From a virus (lineage: Duplodnaviria > Heunggongvirae > Uroviricota > Caudoviricetes): a stretch of 4,397 bases of DNA. The stretch lies in the IMG/VR virus record IMGVR_UViG_2734482568_000007; one strand, written 5' to 3'. Shown piece by piece: positions 1 through 4,397 of the stretch. The first letter of the stretch is position 1. Each line of letters begins with the position of its first letter. The translations under genes were made by a program, and so were the position numbers. Below the pieces are notes generated by a model. The model was not told the origin of the DNA. It saw only the letters and a list, made by a program, of their open reading frames with translations, and searched no databases.

Positions 1-60
1 CTCTCGTCTGGGGAATATCTCCCCGGCAGCCTTCAGGGAAAAATATCATCAGATGGCTGC

Positions 61-414
61 TTAAAAAAAGAACAAATGGTAGTGTCCGCTATTGCCAGTA
101 CACCTCAATTGCTCTGCGGCTTCGCTCAGAGCTGGCGTATGTTCCCGGCCTACTGATTCACACAGGTAATCAACGAAACCGGACACCAGTTTTCGTTCGC
201 GAGGCGTGATCGCCCCACCGACCGGAGTCCAGTAATCGAAACCCAGTTGCAGGAGTTTGAAAAAACGCTTGTGGAATGCGTAGTTACACACACGCTTAAA
301 GTCTGCGTGTATCCACTCACCTATTTTGATTTGATGCAGAAAATCGCAACTCTCCGGCGTCGCCGGGAGAAGTAATCCGGAAGAGGTTTGTTTGACCAGT
401 TGTATATGTGCCAT
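61..414 (-). CDS. Hypothetical phage protein, 117 aa from ATG 414 (MAHIQLVKQ...); family not recognised
   Basis: Six-frame ORF 61..456. The track's start at 456 is a TTG; the first ATG is at 412-414 and is preceded by GGAGAAAG about 5 nt upstream. Stop TAA at 61-63. Same strand and tight spacing with neighbouring genes. Confidence 0.5.
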   Translation of the reverse strand: MAHIQLVKQTSSGLLLPATPESCDFLHQIKIGEWIHADFKRVCNYAFHKRFFKLLQLGFDYWTPVGGAITPRERKLVSGFVDYLCESVGREHTPALSEAAEQLRCTGNSGHYHLFFF

Positions 415-452
415 CGGCTTTCTCCGGTGGCACGGTGTTACACAGCAGGAGT

Positions 453-740
453 TCAATCCTGCTCAAGATTGTAGATGAGTTTATTCTTCAGCAAAAGCAG
501 AAAACCAGCCTTAAAACCAATCTCTTTCAAAACCCGTAATGATGTGACAAATTCGTCCTCACGCAAAATAAAACCGTCCGTCAGAAGTCCATTACAAAAA
601 TAAAATAACACAGCACCGCTCTTCCTTTGTTGAGATTGCAAACATCTAATGCGGCAATGGCTGACAATCGCTCCATTCTCAACGCGCACAGCATAGAGGC
701 CATTTTCACTAAAAATTTCACGCAATTCTTCGATTTTCAT
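453..740 (-). CDS. Hypothetical small phage protein, 95 aa; family not recognised
   Basis: ORF with ATG at 738-740 preceded by GGAAGGA about 9 nt upstream; stop TGA at 453-455 overlapping the next gene. The C-terminal about 20 residues lie in AT-rich sequence (480-620) and are low complexity, so the 3' end is less certain. Confidence 0.5.
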   Translation of the reverse strand: MKIEELREIFSENGLYAVRVENGAIVSHCRIRCLQSQQRKSGAVLFYFCNGLLTDGFILREDEFVTSLRVLKEIGFKAGFLLLLKNKLIYNLEQD

Positions 741-821
741 CTTCAGAATCCTTCCAGATAAATAGCTCTCCCCTGTTCGGGGTCCATCCCTCTTCTCCCT
801 GCGCGCTACTTAAGTGAGTCG

Positions 822-849
822 ATTCTATCTGCGAAGGTGCGCGAATCAA
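822..849 (-). promoter_or_regulatory. Predicted sigma70-type promoter for the downstream genes (-35 TTGATT, 16-nt spacer, -10 TAGAAT on the minus strand)
   Basis: Minus-strand reading: TTGATT (plus 844-849), 16 nt, TAGAAT (plus 822-827). It sits just downstream of the hok terminator and about 75 nt upstream of the ATG at 740. Hexamer match only. Confidence 0.3.
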
Positions 850-865
850 ATTCACCGGAAATAAA

Positions 866-912
866 CAACAAAAAACCCGCCGAAACGCTGAGAGATCACA
901 GCGATGGGCGGG
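866..912 (-). terminator. Rho-independent terminator at the 3' end of the hok transcript
   Basis: Minus-strand RNA: CCCGCC-CAU-CGCUG-[UGAUCUCU]-CAGCG-UUUC-GGCGGG followed by UUUUUUGUUGUUU. Two stacked GC-rich stems followed directly by a U run. Confidence 0.55.
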
Positions 913-915
913 TTA

Positions 916-933
916 AGTGCGGGTGCGTTGAGG
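916..933 (-). promoter_or_regulatory. fbi-like 3' element of the hok mRNA, complementary to its 5' end (1304-1320)
   Basis: Plus 916-933 agtgcgggtgcgttgagg is the near-perfect reverse complement of plus 1304-1320 cctcaagcacccgcagt (16 of 18, one 1-nt bulge). On the transcript this gives 5'-end/3'-end pairing as in hok-family mRNAs (tac/fbi). Confidence 0.45.
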
Positions 934-953
934 ATGCCTGACACATCAGAGGT

Positions 954-981
954 GGGCGGGGATGGGATCAGCTCCCCGCCC
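954..981 (-). other. Stable GC stem-loop just 3' of the hok stop codon
   Basis: Perfect 8-bp inverted repeat gggcgggg (954-961) / ccccgccc (974-981) with a 12-nt loop. No U run follows on either strand, so it is a structural element rather than a terminator. Confidence 0.4.
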
Positions 982-989
982 GGTCACTC

Positions 990-1145
990 TTACTTCCTGG
1001 ATTCGTAGTCTACGAAGACAGCGACCTCCGTCTGGCCGGTTCGGATTCGTACCTCACAGAGGTCTTTCCTCGTTACCAGTGCCGTCACTATGACGGTTAA
1101 ACAGATGACGATCAGGGCGATTAACATCGCCTTTTGCTGCTTCAT
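990..1145 (-). CDS. hok: Hok/Gef-family type I toxin, 51 aa membrane peptide (HokD/RelF-like)
   Basis: Translation MKQQKAMLIALIVICLTVIVTALVTRKDLCEVRIRTGQTEVAVFVDYESRK is near-identical over most of its length to the HokD/RelF and Gef sequences as I remember them; only the C-terminal 7 residues differ. ATG at 1143-1145 with AAGGAG 9 nt upstream; TAA at 990-992. The track's 70-aa ORF is an in-frame upstream extension (ATGs at 1202 and 1172). Confidence 0.9.
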   Translation of the reverse strand: MKQQKAMLIALIVICLTVIVTALVTRKDLCEVRIRTGQTEVAVFVDYESRK

Positions 1146-1321
1146 AGCCTGCTTCTCCTTGCCTTTCGGCATGTAAGAGGCTAACCTACATGTGCAAAGC
1201 ATGAAATTGGCCTCAGATTAATGTTAAGCGTCTTGCCGGACGCGTAATGTTAACTGGGGCTTTTCTCTATCTGCCTTTTGGTGTTCATGCCTGAAGCAGA
1301 TAGCCTCAAGCACCCGCAGTC

Positions 1322-1351
1322 ATTCTACTTACCTCGCCAATATGAAATCAA
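1322..1351 (-). promoter_or_regulatory. Predicted promoter of the hok mRNA (-35 TTGATT, 18-nt spacer, -10 TAGAAT on the minus strand)
   Basis: Minus-strand reading: TTGATT (plus 1346-1351), 18 nt, TAGAAT (plus 1322-1327). The predicted start near 1314-1318 coincides with the tac-like segment 1304-1320, giving a transcript of about 440 nt to the terminator at 866-912, typical for hok-family mRNAs. Confidence 0.35.
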
Positions 1352-1372
1352 TCAGAAAGGTGCCCCATAAAA

Positions 1373-2059
1373 TCACTCCTTCTCTTCTTTACCGTAGTGG
1401 AGTTGACCAATTTTGATAAGAGGGCGTCCCTGAGATTTGCGGTGTAGATTGGTATCGCGCAGAGAATACACACAGCCACAATATTCCTGCTGATAGAATT
1501 TTTCGCGCTTGCTGATTTCAATCATACGGGACGAGCCGCCCTGCTTGCGCCAGTTATAATCCCAGTACACCATGCCCGGATAATGCGCGACGGCTCGCCG
1601 CCCACAGTCGTTAACCTGCTGCATATTTTTCCAGCGTGAAATGCCCAGTGAACTGCTGATCACACTGAAACCATTTTCAGCGGCGTACAGCGCTGTCCGC
1701 TCAAAACGCATGTCAAAACACATGGTGCAACGGATCCCTCGTTCGGGCTCCCATTCCATTCCTTTGGCTCGTTCAAACCAGTTGTCTGTGTCGTAATCAG
1801 CATCAATAAACGGCACGCCGTGTTGTTCAGCAAAGCGAATATTCTCATCCTTACGAATTAAATACTCTTTCTGAGGATGAATGTTCGGGTTGTAGAAAAA
1901 GATGGTGTAGTCGATTCCCGAGGCCTGAAGCGCCTCCATCACCTCACCGGAACATGGAGCACAGCAAGAGTGCAGTAGTAGTTTGTTTGCCCCGTTTGGG
2001 AGCTCCAATTTGGGCCGTTTGAAATCAGCAACTGTCATAAATATGTTTATTGGGGTCAT
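1373..2059 (-). CDS. queH: QueH-like protein (DUF208, epoxyqueuosine reductase family), 228 aa
   Basis: Translation carries the [11 protein letters not shown] motif I associate with DUF208/QueH, plus further Cys pairs (RCTMC, CGC). Full-length ORF with ATG at 2057-2059; an alternative ATG at 2036-2038 exists and neither has a strong SD. Stop at 1373-1375. Confidence 0.8.
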   Translation of the reverse strand: MTPINIFMTVADFKRPKLELPNGANKLLLHSCCAPCSGEVMEALQASGIDYTIFFYNPNIHPQKEYLIRKDENIRFAEQHGVPFIDADYDTDNWFERAKGMEWEPERGIRCTMCFDMRFERTALYAAENGFSVISSSLGISRWKNMQQVNDCGRRAVAHYPGMVYWDYNWRKQGGSSRMIEISKREKFYQQEYCGCVYSLRDTNLHRKSQGRPLIKIGQLHYGKEEKE

Positions 2060-2206
2060 AAAAATATCAAAGAGTGTAGCATTAGAACGGGGCTATCGGA
2101 AACAGATGTGTGACTGCTCCCCGCCCTTTCGGGTGGTCTCCTGATGATTTGAGGGTGCAGAAATCCCTCCGGTTAAGGATTAAATTTTTAACAGTGCTAA
2201 ATTTAA

Positions 2207-2563
2207 TTATTCAGTTCTGGATTTTGTCGCCCTGCGTATCCGCGCTTTCGCGTTACGCTCAATCTGTATCAGCTTTTCTATATTTCTCCGCCTTTCCTGT
2301 TCCTCCTGGCGCAATAGCCTTACATCATCTGCCAGTCTGGTTTCTCTTTTTGCCACAGAGAGCATCCAGTCAAACGGCTCCACAACCGCACCGCAGATTT
2401 TACAGCGGACCTGACGCTCTTTTTCGTCAACCCGTACAGAGGCGTGATGGCAATATGGTCTTTCCGATGGCTCATAAAGAAAATTAACCTGATTACGAGG
2501 GTCATCCTCTTTTACCGGAAATAAAACGATATTGCTTAACTCATCTTCTGGTTTTATTTCCAT
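2207..2563 (-). CDS. Hypothetical small phage protein, 118 aa, with a CHH...CxxC cluster (putative metal-binding) and a highly charged Arg/Glu-rich C-terminal tail
   Basis: ORF 2207..2620. The preferred start is ATG 2561-2563 with AAGGAGAGGAG ending 6 nt upstream. An alternative ATG at 2618-2620 directly abuts the stop of the upstream gene (TGA-ATG) and would add 19 residues. Motif CHHASVRVDEKERQVRCKICG; tail QEEQERRRNIEKLIQIERNAKARIRR. Confidence 0.55.
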   Translation of the reverse strand: MEIKPEDELSNIVLFPVKEDDPRNQVNFLYEPSERPYCHHASVRVDEKERQVRCKICGAVVEPFDWMLSVAKRETRLADDVRLLRQEEQERRRNIEKLIQIERNAKARIRRATKSRTE

Positions 2564-2620
2564 GCTCCTCTCCTTTGATGCGAATGCCAGCGGTAATTGA
2601 AGCCTGATAGCTAATTTCAT

Positions 2621-3043
2621 TCACAGTATCGCCTCCTGAAAATTACCCTGATAGAAAGCCAGTACACGCTGCATAGCTTCGCTCTTCCGGCACTCGCGAC
2701 AGATTATATTCAGGCGCCTGTCGTAGCGGCGTATTTCTCCGTCAGGTAATGACCAGATAAGGTCCGGATCAACAACAACCGGTTTCCTCACCTTTACTCT
2801 CGAGAGTTTTTTGCGGGCGCTTTGCCAGTCCTTGCGAGCCTGTTCAGACGGGAATAAGCCGTAGCCAGAATTATATACATCACCACTTGCGACCAGTTCT
2901 ATGCATAAGCGACCGACAGACGCACGACTGATACCTGTTTCATCTGACAACTGCCGAATCGTGACCCGACCGTCCTGATGCACGAGTTCCACAATTCGCG
3001 TCTTCAGTTCTTCCCGCTGTTCGGGAGTAAAAGGTTTCGCCAT
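2621..3043 (-). CDS. Phage helix-turn-helix/winged-helix protein, 140 aa; position matches the YdaW/DUF1627-type gene that follows the DnaC-like gene in Rac-like prophages (family name from memory, unverified)
   Basis: ATG at 3041-3043 with AGGAGG 4 nt upstream, 14 nt after the DnaC-like stop (TAG 3058-3060). Predicted HTH segment TIRQLSDETGISRASVGRLCIELVASG. Confidence 0.65.
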   Translation of the reverse strand: MAKPFTPEQREELKTRIVELVHQDGRVTIRQLSDETGISRASVGRLCIELVASGDVYNSGYGLFPSEQARKDWQSARKKLSRVKVRKPVVVDPDLIWSLPDGEIRRYDRRLNIICRECRKSEAMQRVLAFYQGNFQEAIL

Positions 3044-3057
3044 AAATCCTCCTGAAA

Positions 3058-3609
3058 CTACTTAACAACCCTCGAATGGCTAACATTCGGACGCCAGCTC
3101 TCCCAGTTAAAATTCACCCAGCGCCNNNNNNNNNNNNNNNNNNNNNNNNNNNNNNNNNNNNNNNNNNNNNNNNNNNNNNNNNNNNNNNNNNNNNNNNNNN
3201 NNNNNNNNNNNNNNNNNNNNNNNNNNNNNNNNNNNNNNNNNNNNNNGATAGCTGCCGCTAAGTGATTCTTCCCGGTACCAGGTTTTCCGCTGAACGCAAA
3301 ATTTGTACACCCGGTCATCAGTTCATCGGCGATGGATTTCGCCTGGCTTAACGCGTATCGCTGGCCGTCGTTCTGCACCTGGTAATTCGCAAACGAGCAT
3401 TTACGGTGCAACGGCTGGATGCCTGAGCGATTCAGAATTTTTTCCACCCGCAACTGGCGATTCAGGCGGTTGATCTCCTCGCTACGTTTCTGGCCTTCAG
3501 CAAGTTGCCACTCGCGCCACTCCGCTACCGTTCTGAATGGGGCGGTTACATGTGGCGGGGTCAGTCGGCGGATGCGTTCCAGAACGCCGCCTGTCGCAAT
3601 ATTTTTCAT
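3058..3609 (-). CDS. DnaC-like replicative helicase loader (prophage paralogue, YdaV-type), interrupted by a 121-nt N run
   Basis: N-terminal 121 aa align with E. coli DnaC as I recall it (MKN..., NRSGIQPLHRKCSFANYQV, Walker A FSGKPGTGKNHLAAAI). After the N run the same frame gives RWVNFNWESWRPNV, matching the DnaC C-terminus (WVIFNWDSYRSRV). ATG at 3607-3609 lies 6 nt after the upstream TAA. Confidence 0.85.
   Translation of the reverse strand: MKNIATGGVLERIRRLTPPHVTAPFRTVAEWREWQLAEGQKRSEEINRLNRQLRVEKILNRSGIQPLHRKCSFANYQVQNDGQRYALSQAKSIADELMTGCTNFAFSGKPGTGKNHLAAAIXXXXXXXXXXXXXXXXXXXXXXXXXXXXXXXXXXXXXXXXXRWVNFNWESWRPNVSHSRVVK
3126..3246. other. Run of 121 N (assembly gap or masked sequence) inside the DnaC-like gene
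   Basis: Positions 3126-3246 are all n. The reading frame happens to be preserved across the run, but it covers only 41 codons where canonical DnaC has about 105 residues between Walker A and the C-terminal motif. Confidence 0.95.
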
Positions 3610-3615
3610 GGTCCG

Positions 3616-4292
3616 TTACCCCCTGAAGCCTGGCGGGATCGCACTGTCCGGCAACGAGACGGTGTTAACCTGTCGGAGCAACGTCTCAGGCCGAACACCT
3701 TTCGGCGCGAACAGGCCCTGGTATTCATTGGCGATGCTGTGTCGAATCACCTGCTCAGGTGTAAAACCCTGCTGACGGAATTTTTCCAGTTCCCGTATCG
3801 CCCCGTTAGCGCCCTGCTCCGTTCGAATCGGTTTTCGCAATGCCTGTCTGAACCGGACCCACTCATGCCAGAGTGTTTCCGGCAACCAATCGGGCAGCTC
3901 AATAGCCTCCGGCTCGAATTTTTTAGACGCTCGTTTTTGGCGAGGGGGAGATCAGTATTTAGATCTTCCTCTTCCTCTTCCTCTGGTAACGCTTTTTGAT
4001 CCGTTTGTGTAACGCTGGCAGCGTTACCTTTTCGTTTCAGTTCGCGTATTTTTGTTACTCGCTCGTTTGTAACCGCCCGTTTTTTTTAGAGCTTTTTCCG
4101 TTATGACGTTCAAAGTTAGGTAGAGAAAGCCCTCCGTCATTTTCGACCAGCCATCCAACCTGAATTAACGCATCAGCAAAACCAGACATAAAAGTGATGC
4201 GATCTATTGCACTTTTTGTAACGCCGCGAGCGTTACAATCTGCATTACCGTCTATCATTTGTTGATCCGCCCATGCCCAGAAGCGAATAACC
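3616..4292 (-). pseudogene. DnaT-like / YdaU-type phage replication (primosomal) gene, 5'-truncated by the IS and split across three reading frames
   Basis: The C-terminal frame (3616-3951) ends RQVNTVSLPDSAIPPGFRG, matching the E. coli DnaT C-terminus (...NTVSEPDSQIPPGFRG). The upstream frame (4055-4292) stops 8 codons after an A8 run. A third frame is open from 4085 down through the region between them and includes a poly-Glu stretch. Both frame changes are one-base shortfalls in the same direction at homopolymers. The segment 4293-4318 of the track ORF is IS sequence. Confidence 0.6.
3985..4076. repeat. Cluster of direct and inverted GTAACGC-type motifs (iteron-like) inside the linker of the replication gene
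   Basis: ggtaacgc (3985-3992), gtaacgc (4009-4015), gcgttac (4021-4027, forming a perfect 7-bp palindrome with the previous copy around tggca), gttactcgc (4054-4062), gtaaccgc (4069-4076). A (cttcct)x3 tandem hexamer lies at 3965-3982 and A/T runs flank the cluster. Confidence 0.4.
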
Positions 4293-4397
4293 TGAGGTAG
4301 CCTGAGTTTAACGGACACTCCTTCCTGAAATAGAATGGCATCAGAAGGAGCTAATAATGAGCAGAAAAACCCAACGTTACTCTAAAGAGTTCAAAGC
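4293..4397 (+). mobile_element. Left end of an IS3-family insertion sequence (IS600-like), continuing beyond the window
   Basis: The terminal sequence starts TGAGGTAGCCTGAGTTTAACGGACAC, a TG-initiated inverted-repeat end of the IS3 type. It is followed by an SD (AGAAGGAG) and an orfA start at 4357 encoding MSRKTQRYSKEFK, which matches IS600 OrfA from memory. The boundary is approximate to within a few nt. Confidence 0.65.
4357..4397 (+). CDS. IS3-family transposase OrfA, N-terminal 13 codons (partial, runs off the window)
   Basis: ATG 4357-4359 preceded by AGAAGGAG with a 6-nt spacer; translation MSRKTQRYSKEFK. Confidence 0.65.
   Translation, partial: MSRKTQRYSKEFK

Noticed and set aside
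10-28. Palindrome ggggaatatctcccc downstream of the last minus-strand gene as a terminator
   Set aside because: A 5-bp stem with no adjacent U run on either strand. A possible next-gene ATG at 47-49 on the minus strand was also noted, but too little sequence remains in the window to call it.
61-456. TTG start at 456 giving a 131-aa product
   Set aside because: The added N-terminus (MNSCCVTPCHRRKP) has no Shine-Dalgarno, whereas ATG 412-414 has GGAGAAAG upstream; the shorter product is preferred.
990-1202. An out-of-frame mok reading frame overlapping hok, as in plasmid R1
   Set aside because: Neither alternative frame across hok has a start codon before an early stop; only the in-frame upstream ATGs (1202, 1172) exist, so a separate overlapping mok is not supported.
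1660-1848. Minus-strand 62-aa ORF inside the QueH-like gene
   Set aside because: Lies in an alternative frame wholly within a gene that has family motifs in its own frame.
2100-2130. Hairpin ccgccc-tttc-gggtgg in the intergenic region upstream of QueH as a terminator
   Set aside because: It forms well only on the plus strand (with one G-U pair), where no gene ends, and no U run follows; on the minus strand it contains an A-C mismatch.
2110-2487. Plus-strand ORF of 125 aa
   Set aside because: Entirely antisense to the better-supported minus-strand gene 2207-2563; no ribosome-binding site and a Pro/Ser/Arg-rich composition typical of a shadow ORF.
2320-2505. Minus-strand 61-aa ORF
   Set aside because: Alternative frame overlapping the 2207-2563 gene; no independent support.
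3076-3310. ORFs of 61 and 67 aa reported across the N run
   Set aside because: Their translations are almost entirely X from the 121 N; they are artefacts of reading through undetermined bases.
3965-3982. (cttcct)x3 tandem hexamer as a CRISPR-like or regulatory repeat
   Set aside because: Only three short copies with no spacers; it encodes a poly-Glu stretch in the open linker frame and is most simply a coding simple-sequence repeat.
3419-3999. Plus-strand ORFs of 118 and 164 aa (3419-3775 and 3505-3999)
   Set aside because: Antisense to the DnaC-like and DnaT-like coding regions, which have recognisable family motifs on the minus strand; Arg/Ser-rich shadow ORFs.
4055-4318. Track ORF as an intact 87-aa gene starting at GTG 4318
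   Set aside because: Positions 4293-4318 belong to the IS terminal repeat, so the apparent start and first 9 codons are IS-derived; this is the truncated 5' part of the replication gene.

Overview
This window reads as a minus-strand gene string from an enterobacterial (Escherichia/Shigella-type) lambdoid, Rac-like prophage. All calls are from reading the sequence and from remembered protein families; nothing was searched. From high to low coordinates: the left end of an IS3-family element (IS600-like, plus-strand orfA start at 4357) abuts a DnaT-like replication gene that has lost its 5' end and is broken by two frame changes at homopolymer runs. Downstream are a DnaC-like helicase loader interrupted by a 121-nt N run, a helix-turn-helix phage protein, a small Cys/His-containing protein, a QueH-like (DUF208) protein, a complete hok-type type I toxin locus, and two small hypothetical genes. 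The most interesting items are the hok locus, whose promoter, long-range 5'/3' complementarity, terminator and possible Sok antisense RNA can all be located, and the prophage-borne QueH homologue. The replication module looks defective, though sequencing error is a live alternative for the frame breaks. No tRNA, rRNA or CRISPR array was seen.
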